Source: Candidatus Zixiibacteriota bacterium (GTDB taxonomy: Bacteria; Zixibacteria; MSB-5A5; GN15; JAAZOE01). Taken from it: a stretch of 64,000 nt of DNA. The notes under the pieces are model-generated. The model was not told where the DNA came from and ran no database searches. It saw nothing but the letters and a program-made list of their open reading frames with translations. Every line of letters begins with the position of its first letter. Position 1 is the first letter of the stretch. The position numbers and the translations under genes are program-made. The stretch spans positions 6,131 through 70,130 of the forward strand of contig JAGLON010000023.1 of NCBI GenBank assembly GCA_023138975.1, read 5' to 3'. Below, one piece after another: positions 31,164 through 41,900 of this stretch.

Positions 31164-32388
31164 AAGTCAGTGCCTTTATAGGATCAAGCTTAGCCGCTTT
31201 ACGGGCTGGATAAATACCAAAAAACAGCCCCACTCCCGTAGAAATTCCTAACCCGAGAATTACCGCCAGAGTCGTCGGTGTAATGTAAATATCCATTACC
31301 GAATTTAATATCCAAGTACCTAATTGCACGCCCAGCAATAGTCCGATACCTCCGCCAATCATAGACAATATCACCGATTCATATAAAAACTGGATGAGGA
31401 TATTACCCCGGCTGGCTCCCAGAGACTTTCGAATTCCAATTTCCCGGGTCCGCTCAGTTACCGAAATCATCATGATATTCATAATCACAATACCGCCGAT
31501 AATTATAGACAACAACGGCAATGATATTAAGATCACTCGAAATGCTTGAGTTATATCGTTGATAAAACTAAGAATATTATCCGGGGTGAACATCGCGAAA
31601 TCATCTTTTTCATCATAAGGTATGTGCCGGGCAGAGCGCAGTACTACCCGAACCTGATCCATAGCTTTTTCACGGCGTTCAAGTGACACTGCGCTGATGA
31701 CAAAGTTAACCGGATTGCCGGGTTGCCGGTAAATTTTCTGATGCGTAGAGATGGGAATAATGGCGCACTCGTCCAGCCCCTGAACAATTTCAGTATCAAG
31801 CTTTTCGGCAACGCCTATGACCGTAAATTCTCGATTGCCTATTTTAATAATCTTCCCGAGGGGGTCCTCGTCTTTTTCCTTGAAAAATTTATCATAAACC
31901 TCATGTCCGATAAATGCGACCTGCCGCCTTCGTGCATCATCCTCATCTGAAATATAACGTCCTAATAAAACATCAATCTTGCGAGTACTCAACAGGTTGG
32001 GCGTTTCACCTCGAATTTCAACCCATCGCATCCGGGACTTGCCGTATTTAAGGTGATCTGACTTATATGCCTCAGCCCCAACCTCGTCGCAATCGGGACA
32101 ACCGCTCTTAATCGGCTCAATTAAATCGACCGTAAGCTTTTTCCGTTTCAAAAGCTTGAGATATTCGGACCAGGTTACGTTAAAACCAAAACGGCTTACG
32201 ATAAATGACCGTGGTCCCATAGACTCAAAAATATTCTCGATACTTGACTGCATCCCCTCCACTGCGGAAACAATCGTTATAACCGAAGTTACTCCCATGA
32301 CCATGCCCAGTATGGTCAGAAATGAACGCAAACGATTTGTCCAGAGAGCGGAAAAGGCCTCCGGAATAATAGAAAGCATTACTTTCAT
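31156..32388 (-). CDS. ABC transporter permease, MacB family
   Basis: RSFLTILGMVMGV, MNIMMISVTERTREIGIRKSLGA, DPIKALTYE; likely start 32388. Confidence 0.95.
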   Translation of the reverse strand: MKVMLSIIPEAFSALWTNRLRSFLTILGMVMGVTSVITIVSAVEGMQSSIENIFESMGPRSFIVSRFGFNVTWSEYLKLLKRKKLTVDLIEPIKSGCPDCDEVGAEAYKSDHLKYGKSRMRWVEIRGETPNLLSTRKIDVLLGRYISDEDDARRRQVAFIGHEVYDKFFKEKDEDPLGKIIKIGNREFTVIGVAEKLDTEIVQGLDECAIIPISTHQKIYRQPGNPVNFVISAVSLERREKAMDQVRVVLRSARHIPYDEKDDFAMFTPDNILSFINDITQAFRVILISLPLLSIIIGGIVIMNIMMISVTERTREIGIRKSLGASRGNILIQFLYESVILSMIGGGIGLLLGVQLGTWILNSVMDIYITPTTLAVILGLGISTGVGLFFGIYPARKAAKLDPIKALTYE

Positions 32389-32410
32389 AATGATATTTCC
32401 CTGCCTGCCA

Positions 32411-33778
32411 TTATTCCGAGTCCGAATCTTCAAATTCTTTCATTTTTTCCAGAGAATCATCGTCAATGACGACAACTTCGCCTTCTTTAATTTGGCGCAG
32501 CGTCTGGTACGACCCGGAGACAATCGTGTCAGCCGGATTGAGGCCGGATAATACCGCTATATTTCGGTCATCGGCAATACCGGTTTTAATCGCAAAGAAT
32601 TTGGCTTCACCGTTTTCGACAACGAACACACCCTCTAACTTAGTTTTCTCTTTCTTCTTTTTCGGCCCCTTATTATTATCAGAGGTCTTGCTGTCAGAGG
32701 CATTGGTGGCTGTTGCGAATGATGCGTTTATTCCCTTGACTGGCTGGCTGTTAACTACCGGAGGAACATTGGCCGGCAAAGAATCGGGGTTAAACTCACG
32801 GGTCACTACTGCACCATAAGGAATCAATAAAGCATTTAGAGCTTGAGCTGTTGTTATATCTGTCGTAGCTGACATACCGGGTCGAATTGCAGTATTGGTT
32901 TCATCAAAGCGAATTTTGACCAGAAAATTAGTCGAGTAGTCCTCGGTTCCTTCACCCATGATCTTGGCTGAATTACCTATTTCAACCACTGTCCCCAAAA
33001 ATGTTGTATCGCGAAAGGCATCGACTCTAATTTGAGCCTTTTGATTGATTCGCAGCTTCGCTATTTCTGTTTCATCAATATCGACTTCAACCTCAAACAC
33101 TGACAAATCAGCTATTGTCATCAATCTCCTGCCCTGAGTGTAAGCTGTCTGAGCCTGAGCAATCTCCCCAACTTCGACATTAAGATATGTGACAATACCG
33201 TCCATCGGGGAGGTAATCCTGGTTTTCCCGAGATTATCCCTGGCTTTATCCAAAATCGCTTGGCTAATATTGACCTGGGCCTTACGAGCTTCGTAATTTG
33301 CCTTGGAGTTTTCCTGAATAAAAGTGCCATCCGCAAACTCGGTTTCAGAAATTAGCTTTTGATTAAACAATCGTATTTGGCGTTCATACTCCCGGCTGTC
33401 TTTCTTAAATTGTGCCTTGGCAGAGGCAGTTCGGGCCAGTGTCTCATCGAGCGAATATTTGGCTTGGTATAAATCAGATTTTAGCTGTACAGTGTCAAGC
33501 GTCAATAATAAAGCCCCCCGCTTGACAAAATCACCTTCCCTGATATGGAGTCCGATAATTTCAGCCGAAACCTCGGCAGAGATATCAACCTTGGTTTGAG
33601 GCTGAATTCGCCCGGATGCCGTAACTTTCTCAGAGATATCATCAATATACGCCAAATCGGCCTGTACCGTAGTCTGCTCATCGCCATTACTTTGCAGACC
33701 TATAACAACTATGACGGCAATGATTATCAGTCCTGTGCTGCTAAACCATATCAATTTTTTACGCTTCTTTTTAGCCAT
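32411..33778 (-). CDS. Efflux periplasmic adaptor (MacA/HlyD family)
   Basis: Basic N-terminus + TM helix, ASGRIQP, EGDFVKRG, SPMDGIV, VDIDETEI, RPGMSA. Confidence 0.92.
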   Translation of the reverse strand: MAKKKRKKLIWFSSTGLIIIAVIVVIGLQSNGDEQTTVQADLAYIDDISEKVTASGRIQPQTKVDISAEVSAEIIGLHIREGDFVKRGALLLTLDTVQLKSDLYQAKYSLDETLARTASAKAQFKKDSREYERQIRLFNQKLISETEFADGTFIQENSKANYEARKAQVNISQAILDKARDNLGKTRITSPMDGIVTYLNVEVGEIAQAQTAYTQGRRLMTIADLSVFEVEVDIDETEIAKLRINQKAQIRVDAFRDTTFLGTVVEIGNSAKIMGEGTEDYSTNFLVKIRFDETNTAIRPGMSATTDITTAQALNALLIPYGAVVTREFNPDSLPANVPPVVNSQPVKGINASFATATNASDSKTSDNNKGPKKKKEKTKLEGVFVVENGEAKFFAIKTGIADDRNIAVLSGLNPADTIVSGSYQTLRQIKEGEVVVIDDDSLEKMKEFEDSDSE

Positions 33779-34110
33779 TATACACCTATCCATTTACCAC
33801 ATCTTTGGTTAATTTTGCCGGCCATAAGTTAAAGAAGGGAGGGTTTGACAAAAGTAAGTGCCGGTTCATCGGGTACCTATTATTATTTGACTTGAAAGTG
33901 GAGAAATTGTTGCACGTATTGTGTTTTAATTAATAAAGAATCGATTTTTTTATTTATTAAAGTTAATCTTAATGGCCGGACCAGAGCTTTAGACAATCAT
34001 CTGGAACCTCTTGCCCAATTTTAGTTTCGCTCTTGAGCAATACTTGTTGCGCAAATATAAAAAACCTTTGTATCTATTAATTAAAGAAGCCCAACTCGAA
34101 AGGAAGAAAC

Positions 34111-34671
34111 ATGAAAAAAGCGCTTATTTTTGCGGTACTGATACTCTTTGCCTTGTCCTCTGCTATTATTGCCACGGACGATGAAGAGGCTATGAAAAAA
34201 ACCATGAATATCAAGGCTATCGACTGGAATAAACTGGCTGGATGTTTGCCGGATAAGGTTGAGGGCATGAAGGTCAGCGAACTTGATGGTGGAGAAATGT
34301 CCATACCTGACATGACTAATCCGGGAACAATGTTCAGCTATAGTTTCGCCGAACGAACATATTCGACTAAAGACAAGACCATTATTCTGCGGATTACTGA
34401 TACCGGCTTTAATCAGATGCTGCAAATGCCGTTTATGATGATGATGGAGATGGAAACTCCCGAAGTATCCTTTAAAAACACGGAAATCGCTGGCAATCCG
34501 GCAAAAAGAATGATCAATAAGGAAAAGGGCAAGGTAATTAATACCCAGTATCTGGTTTTAATATCCGACCGGGTGCTTGTCATGAGTGAAACCGAGAATA
34601 CCGATGCTGATGAGGTGGAAGCATTGATAAAACTAATCAATTTTAAAGATTTGGCTGTTCTTGCCAAATAG
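34111..34671 (+). CDS. Hypothetical secreted protein
   Basis: AAGGAAG RBS, MKK signal peptide, 186-aa ORF followed by a terminator. Confidence 0.75.
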   Translation: MKKALIFAVLILFALSSAIIATDDEEAMKKTMNIKAIDWNKLAGCLPDKVEGMKVSELDGGEMSIPDMTNPGTMFSYSFAERTYSTKDKTIILRITDTGFNQMLQMPFMMMMEMETPEVSFKNTEIAGNPAKRMINKEKGKVINTQYLVLISDRVLVMSETENTDADEVEALIKLINFKDLAVLAK

Positions 34672-34688
34672 TTTTAGAGATGGAACAG

Positions 34689-34727
34689 AAAACGCTGTTG
34701 ATTTTTGAACCAACAGCGTTTTTTTTT
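34689..34727. terminator. Bidirectional intrinsic terminator
   Basis: AAAACGCTGTTG..CAACAGCGTTTT plus T-run, between convergent genes. Confidence 0.8.
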
Positions 34728-34729
34728 AT

Positions 34730-35083
34730 TTATCCGATAGCCTCTTTAACCGCAGCCATAAGTTTATCCCGGTCAATCGGTTTATCAAATACTGCCGCCG
34801 GCTTTTTTACAGCCAAATGCCTCCCAGGAACACCGCTGATGACAATCACCGGAATATTCCCGAATTTCTCATTTCGATGCATCTTTCGGTAAAAATCAGT
34901 ACCAGTATTATTAGGCATTTGCAGATCGAGAGTTATGAGATCAGGAGCTTCACTTTCGAGTGCTTTTAATCCTTCGACACCATCAGTAGCCGTCGCAGTG
35001 ACGTATCCTTCATTCTTAAACAGCGTTTCCAGATAATTTCTAATATCCAGCTCATCATCAACAATGAGTATTTTCTTCGGCAT
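34730..35083 (-). CDS. Single-domain response regulator (CheY-like receiver; resembles the DVU0259 family)
   Basis: ILIVDDE, LITLDLQMP (phospho-acceptor Asp), VISG, DKP. Confidence 0.92.
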   Translation of the reverse strand: MPKKILIVDDELDIRNYLETLFKNEGYVTATATDGVEGLKALESEAPDLITLDLQMPNNTGTDFYRKMHRNEKFGNIPVIVISGVPGRHLAVKKPAAVFDKPIDRDKLMAAVKEAIG

Positions 35084-36044
35084 ATGCTTCTCCCAGACAG
35101 ATATTTGCCTTTCGCCGTATGTTAATACAATCCGGCATACATTTCATCTAAAATACACGGCGAATTAAGTATTCGCAAGCTATTTTGACCGATGTAGGCA
35201 CCATTGTGGATATTAAAAAACACTTACTACACTTCTTTTAAATAAAAAAACAATTTCCTAACTCGCATATTGTCAATCGCAAAATACTAAATATCTTTAA
35301 AAATAGATCTATATAGATAAGGACTATACGAATAATGCCGATAATTAGAATGATAAATGCGATGCGAACAGATAGGGAGTTACAAACTTCCTCCGCATAC
35401 GGAATAAAAGCGAGTCGATTGATAGGATGCAGTCGGATAAATTGAAGCAGTCTAATCCTTAATTGCCGATAGACATTGGAGGTCATAACGGCAACATAAA
35501 CCACAGTCCCTCACAAGCTTACAATGCGACACCACACAGGCTTTTTACGGAGAATGGAAACATTAACTTATATCTCAAGCAAAATTCTCGTATCACCTAC
35601 TGCGATGAAATGATTGAACCCCCCTTAGGTATCACAAACCATGTCGGGAGTGCTAAGACCCAAAAGATTATTAAACAATGCGCACGGATGCGAGATGAGC
35701 ATGATTCTCACACAACATCAATTTCATGTATCCCGTTCATCGCTGAGGAAGCTGTTATTCTGTTGGATAGAAAATATTTAAATAACTTGGGAATGACCCT
35801 TTTTTTTGTTGACTTATATAGTAATTATTCCTGATTTTCTTATTGGAAGAGTATGGTCGGAAAAGGACAGGTATGTCTCGACTCAAGGATGATAAAAAAA
35901 ATGTAACTTAACTTTAATCATACAAAGAATCTAATATTATTCTGCAAGTAGGTGGAAAGGAGAGTAGCCTATGCGAAAAAATGATAATGAAAGGTTAAGG
36001 GAGATAACTTGTCAATACCACTGACAAAGGAGGAGTATTCTAGC

Positions 36045-38972
36045 ATGAAGCCAAAAATTTTACTTGCGGCGTGCTTTATCGCATGCTTATTGGCTGGCCC
36101 GGTTTTTGGAGCGGTGACTGGTTCCATAACCGGTACGGTTATCGACTCACAATCAAAAGAACCCCTCGCCGGTGTTTCGGTGAGTGTCGATGGTTCTCGA
36201 ATGGGCTCAAAGACCGATGCAAATGGACGTTATCATGTGCTTAACGTTCCCGTCGGTACGTATAAGCTCATTTTCAGTTCCATCGGTTATGCCAAAGTCG
36301 AAGTTTCCAACGTTCACGTGTCCGCGGACTTGGCGACTTTCCAAAATCGTGAGCTTGAGCAGGAAACGACTGAAACCGGCAAAATTATCACAGTAACCGC
36401 AGAACGCCCGATGGTTATTAAAGATAAAACGACGTCGGTTAACATCGTTGAGCGCGAACAGCTCCTGGCTATGCCAACCCGTGGATTCGAGCAGGTCGTT
36501 GGCATTCAAAACTCGGTTGTCCGCATGAACTCAAACGTTGACATCAGTCAGCGCGGCGGCCGCACATCTGTTGCCACGGCCCCCTCAATCAACCTTCGCG
36601 GCGGCCGACCATCTGAGGTAGCCTATTATGTTGATGGATTCTCACAGCAGGATCCACTGTCAGGTATCTCAACAGCTAATATCAACAATAACGCTATCAA
36701 AGAGGTGTCTGTTACTACCGGCGCATTTTCCGCCGAATATGGTCACGTCGCTTCCGGTATCGTCAATGTTACCACTAATTCCGGTACTGACGAATACAAA
36801 GGAAATGTAGAAGTAGTCAGCGATAACTTCGCCAGCCCGTTCGGATATGACAGTTTCGATCAGAATTGGTATTCCGGCGATATCTCCGGTCCACTACCCG
36901 GCCTGGAACGCGCCTATTTCTTCTTCTCCGGTGAGCGTCGGTTCCTCAGAGATCGTTCACCTTCTCTCAAGACCAAGGAAGTCTTTGAGAAGTTCGGTTT
37001 AGATAGTAATTTTGAAGAACCGCAGCGTCTTCCTAACAACCACGTAAGCGGTTGGTCTTATCAGGGTAAATTGAACTTTGACATTACATCCAACATCAAA
37101 CTGATGTTAAGCGGAAATGGTTCAATTGATAAATGGCAACAATATCGCCATTCTTACATGAATCCTGATTTCCCGACTCAGGTTGCTCATTCACCGAAAT
37201 ACGATGATCGCAACCAGGGATTGAATGCCAAGATTACCCACACCCTCAGTCCGGAAACATTCTATAACCTTAGTATTTCTTATTTCCGTACTGAGCGTCA
37301 TCGTGGTGATGGCATAGTCTTTGATGACTATCCTGCCTATGACCGTCCCCTGATTGGCAATCCGGAATTCGATGAGCATAATCTATTCCGTGAAGGCGAT
37401 AGTCTTTTTCAAAGCGATATAGATGTAAATGTAGATCCAGGTGATCCAACCGATACATTTATAGCTTTCTACGAATCGTATTGGGGTAATTTCATGCGTC
37501 GTAAAGCGACCTATATCGGCTTTAAGGGTGATCTTACACATCAGTTTAACACCTATAACACACTTAAGATCGGTTTTGATTTCCAGCGTCATACAGTGCG
37601 ATTTTTTACGAACTTGAACGCTACCCAGAATCAGGATCCCGCCTTTACAGGCACTAGATTAAACCGTTACGGATATGATATTTACGGCATGGAATCAGAT
37701 GCTGATGATTACAAAAATAGTACCAAGCATCCGATCAACCTCGGCTTGTATTTACAAGATCGTTTTGACTGGCGCGGATTTATCGTAAGTACTGGCATTC
37801 GATTCGATTACTTTGATTACAAAGCGCTACGCTTTAAAGATCTGGAAAATCCAATCGGTGACGGAAGTGATGCGACGATTGATCCCGAGGACCTTGAAGA
37901 ATCAGAGAAGTATATGCGCCTTTCACCGCGTCTGGGTATCTCCTTCCCTGTCTCTGACAAAACCCAGATGTATATTAACTTTGGTAAATTCTACCAGCGT
38001 CCGGATCTCAACCTTTTGTATACAGGCTATGACTTCTTTGAAGCACGAATTGACGGCGGTTCCTATTATGCGCAGGGAAGCCCCAATCTGGAACCTGAGA
38101 AAACTACTCAGTACGAGTTTGGTTTAACTCATGCACTTGCCGAAAACGTTGCATTTACCATTGCAGCCTATTACAAAGACGTAACCGATCTGACTCAGAT
38201 ATTCCATCAGAAAGCTGAGCCGAAGTCATATGATTACTATTCCAATGGTGATTATGGAACCATCAAGGGATTTGATTTTAGTCTGACCATGCGCCGGACG
38301 AATAATATTTCCCTGGATCTGAAATATTCACTCAGCTATGCAACCGGGACCGGTTCATATGCCGGTACGGCAAGAAACATTGCCTGGAAGCAGACCGATG
38401 GATTCCCGAAACAAACCTTCCCGCTTGATTATGACCAACGTCACAGTATCATTGGTATCATCCACTATACGACGTTAAAGGGTGAAGGACCGAAAATCGG
38501 CGATACGTATATCCTGGAAAACTTTGGTCTCAATACTGTCATCCAGGTTTCCAGCGGTACACCTTATACAGCAACCGTACCGTATGATGCCGTCAGCCCG
38601 AATGCGTCTGTTCAGCAGATCCCAACCGGTTCTATTAATTCATCTAACCTGCCATGGTCATTTGTCATCGACATGAAGGCTCAGAAGACATTCAATGTCG
38701 GGCAGTTTAAACTGGTTCCGTATATTTGGGTAAAAAACCTTCTCAACACCGAAAATGTTTATTCCGTTTATGAAGGTACCGGTAAACCCAATGTCTCCGG
38801 TTATCTCGAAACAGAAGAAGGTCAAGTTCGCGTTAACGATACCAATATACTCCAATCAACTGGTCGTACCAGAGGTGAGGAGTATGCATTCCGTTACGAC
38901 CTTGGTCAGCAGAACCCCAAAAACTATGCCAATCCGCGGATGATACTGGTTGGACTTAGGATGTCATTCTAA
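36045..38972 (+). CDS. TonB-dependent receptor with N-terminal carboxypeptidase-regulatory-like domain
   Basis: GSITGTVID..PLAGVSV; plug LRGGR..EVAYYVDG..GAFSAEYG..SGIVN; LSPRLG; NLEPEKTTQYE; terminal Phe (GLRMSF); AAGGAGG RBS. Confidence 0.93.
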   Translation: MKPKILLAACFIACLLAGPVFGAVTGSITGTVIDSQSKEPLAGVSVSVDGSRMGSKTDANGRYHVLNVPVGTYKLIFSSIGYAKVEVSNVHVSADLATFQNRELEQETTETGKIITVTAERPMVIKDKTTSVNIVEREQLLAMPTRGFEQVVGIQNSVVRMNSNVDISQRGGRTSVATAPSINLRGGRPSEVAYYVDGFSQQDPLSGISTANINNNAIKEVSVTTGAFSAEYGHVASGIVNVTTNSGTDEYKGNVEVVSDNFASPFGYDSFDQNWYSGDISGPLPGLERAYFFFSGERRFLRDRSPSLKTKEVFEKFGLDSNFEEPQRLPNNHVSGWSYQGKLNFDITSNIKLMLSGNGSIDKWQQYRHSYMNPDFPTQVAHSPKYDDRNQGLNAKITHTLSPETFYNLSISYFRTERHRGDGIVFDDYPAYDRPLIGNPEFDEHNLFREGDSLFQSDIDVNVDPGDPTDTFIAFYESYWGNFMRRKATYIGFKGDLTHQFNTYNTLKIGFDFQRHTVRFFTNLNATQNQDPAFTGTRLNRYGYDIYGMESDADDYKNSTKHPINLGLYLQDRFDWRGFIVSTGIRFDYFDYKALRFKDLENPIGDGSDATIDPEDLEESEKYMRLSPRLGISFPVSDKTQMYINFGKFYQRPDLNLLYTGYDFFEARIDGGSYYAQGSPNLEPEKTTQYEFGLTHALAENVAFTIAAYYKDVTDLTQIFHQKAEPKSYDYYSNGDYGTIKGFDFSLTMRRTNNISLDLKYSLSYATGTGSYAGTARNIAWKQTDGFPKQTFPLDYDQRHSIIGIIHYTTLKGEGPKIGDTYILENFGLNTVIQVSSGTPYTATVPYDAVSPNASVQQIPTGSINSSNLPWSFVIDMKAQKTFNVGQFKLVPYIWVKNLLNTENVYSVYEGTGKPNVSGYLETEEGQVRVNDTNILQSTGRTRGEEYAFRYDLGQQNPKNYANPRMILVGLRMSF

Positions 38973-38991
38973 ACTGATGAGGATGCGTAAA

Positions 38992-41900
38992 ATGAAAATA
39001 AAATTGTTAGTGTGTTTGCTGATCTTCCTTTTTGTGATGCCATTGACGGCAGCCCCGCCAAAGGGAAAATCCAGCAATATGGCGCTTAAGATTGATAACA
39101 CAACATGGATTGATGCCAATAAGATCCTAATGTTTGTTACCAACCATGGTAACTTCGGACGAGATCTCTCCGATTATTTTGGCAACGACTACGGAACTTT
39201 CTATCCGTACGCAGGCGATCCCGATCCGATCTCAAATAGTGAAGCACTGGCGGTTCGTTCGCCTCTGTACGCCGCCGGTCTATGGTGTGGTGCCATTGAT
39301 TCGGCCTCACAAAGTATTCGAGTTATCGTTGCGGAATACAACGATGAATATGTTCCCGGCCCGATGGTAGGCGGTAGTTTTGTCACGGATAGTGCACACT
39401 TCCGGACTTATAAGCTTACTAAAAGCACATTGCCAACGGATCAAGAATACATTGATTATATGACCTACGCTGTTAATTATGGCGCACCAACTAAGGATGT
39501 TGGTGGTACACTTGTCCCGGATATTGTCGGTGACCAGATGCTATGGGCCGTCTATAACGATGCTGATCCAACTCACCACATTAATAACTCTGGTGAAACT
39601 CTCCCAATGGGACTTGAAATCCAACAGACGACTTTCGCATTCAATCGTGAAGATCCTTTGGGACATATTGTGTTTTTGAAATGGCAGGTATATAACAAGG
39701 GTGGAAATACCCTACAGAACTGTTATTTCTCAATTTGGTCAGATCCGGATCTTGGTGGCGCAGGTGATGATCTGGTAGGTGTTGATACAATTCTATCGCT
39801 CGGCTACACCTACAATGCTAATAATAACGACCAGTTCTACGGCTCAACTCCGCCTTGTATTGGATTTGACTTTTTCCAGGGACCGCTTGAATTCACCGGT
39901 GACGATGCTGATACCGCGAGATTCTTTGGTTCCCGAATGCCGCAGTATCGTAATTTACCAGCGGCATCATTCAACAAGTACATAAACGGAACTGACCCGG
40001 ACGACGCACAGGAAACATATAACTATATGCGAGGTCGGAAAAAGGACGGTGAGCCATATGTCTATAATGGAGATACTCTCCTGTTCCAAACCTCCGGTGA
40101 TCCCGTAACCGGTTCCGGTGATTTGGATATTGCCCCTAATGATCGTCGTATGATGATTAGCACTGGACCGATTACTTTTCGTCCCGGTGACTCCACGGAA
40201 ATCCTGGCTGCTATTATAGTCGGTATGGGTGGTGATAGAAAATCATCTATTCAGGTTATGAAATATTACGATCGTTTTGCTCAGTCAGCCTATGATGTTG
40301 ATTTTGAAGTTGCCCAACCACCAGAACAGCCAATTGTTACAATTGGTGAGCTGGACGGTGAAATCGCATTGATGTGGACCGATACTTCAGAAGTCGTTTC
40401 CGGTGATTATCCTTTCCAGGGATATTCAATTTTCCAAGGAGTGGCCTCATCCGGTCCATGGACATTGATAGGCAACTATGATGTTATTGACGGTACCGCC
40501 CAGATTCTGGACGAGGTTCTCGATCCGCTTACCGGCGCGCTCGAAATTCGCGCCACCAAACTCGGTATCGATAACGGACTTAAAAGGTATTTTGTGGTTG
40601 ATGAAGATTACCTTATTGGTGGACCGCTTCGTAATATAACCGAATATTACTTCCGAGTGGAAGCATATTCCTACAACCCGGTCGAGACTCCGCTGACCTT
40701 GACATCTGCCAATCAGTCTCCAATTGTGGTTCATCCACAGGAAGAAATGGCTGATGAAGAGTATCAGGGAGATCCCGGAGATATGTTCAACGAAGCCGCG
40801 GGTACTGTTACACACGCCGGTACTTCCGGTGGTCGTGTCTGGGTTGAAGTAATCGACCCGTCGATCTTTACCGGTCACGATTACCGTGTTGTATTCCAGG
40901 ATTCTCTGGCGTTCATGGTTGATACGACTTATGATCCGGAATACCCGGGTGATATCGCCCATGCAAGCATTGACTCTGTTAACATAATCTGGCATCTCGA
41001 TGATGCGACCACCGGTCAGCGTTTGATTGCGAATCAGTACAATCAGTCCGGTGACAACGATTACTTTACGGCCGCCGATGATGGCACTCAACTCGGATTT
41101 ATCGTTCGTGTCGCTGGTCCCTCACCGGGATTCATCAGCTTCCAGGTTGTCGCCAACAATGCCGGCGTAATTGATCCTCCGGAAGCCGGTGCCGCCGAAT
41201 GGCGTCACTTCCCGGTTCCAACCGATCCGTCCGACGGTAGTAATCTACGCCCGACGGCTGCTCAGCAGTCCACAGGCGGTGGTCTCTGGCTGTTCCATAC
41301 TGGTGATAATACATCGGCTACCGAAACTGGTACCCGTCCCACTTATGAGAACTTTTTGGCTCGGGTTCATCGCGACGATCCAGCCCGTATCGCTCAAATT
41401 GGCGCTTATGAATTTGAGATGCGTTTTACTGGCTCTCCCGCCAGTCCGGGCGTAAATGGTTCCTGGGCCTGGGAATGGGCCACAGATGGTTCAGCCTACT
41501 GGGTTCCATTTGAAGTCTGGCGCATAGGCAGCGGAACAGAAGACGATCCATCTGATGATGTTCGTATGTATCCGTATATCTATGGTGACGGTGCTGATGC
41601 GGCATATAATATGTCAGCATGGGGTCCGACTGAAGACGGTACTTGCGGTCCGGGCGGTTGTGAACATTCCGTATCCGGCGGCAGCAATGACCCGTATATG
41701 GATTGGATTTACTGGAAATTACCGGGTGACGTTACACCGGGTGAAGCTGGCTATTTGGCCTATGAGGCTGATATGACATCCGATCCGGAGAACCATGTCG
41801 ATGACGCTTCCAGCGTCATGGGACGTACCGTTCTTGTCAACTGGAACGGCCACACTGGAGCCGAAGAAGGTGACACACTAACGAATCCTCCGGTCTTTAA

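Noticed and set aside
35238-35834. ORFs 35238-35504(-) and 35463-35834(+)
   Set aside because: Non-ATG starts, no clear RBS, no motifs; treated as intergenic.
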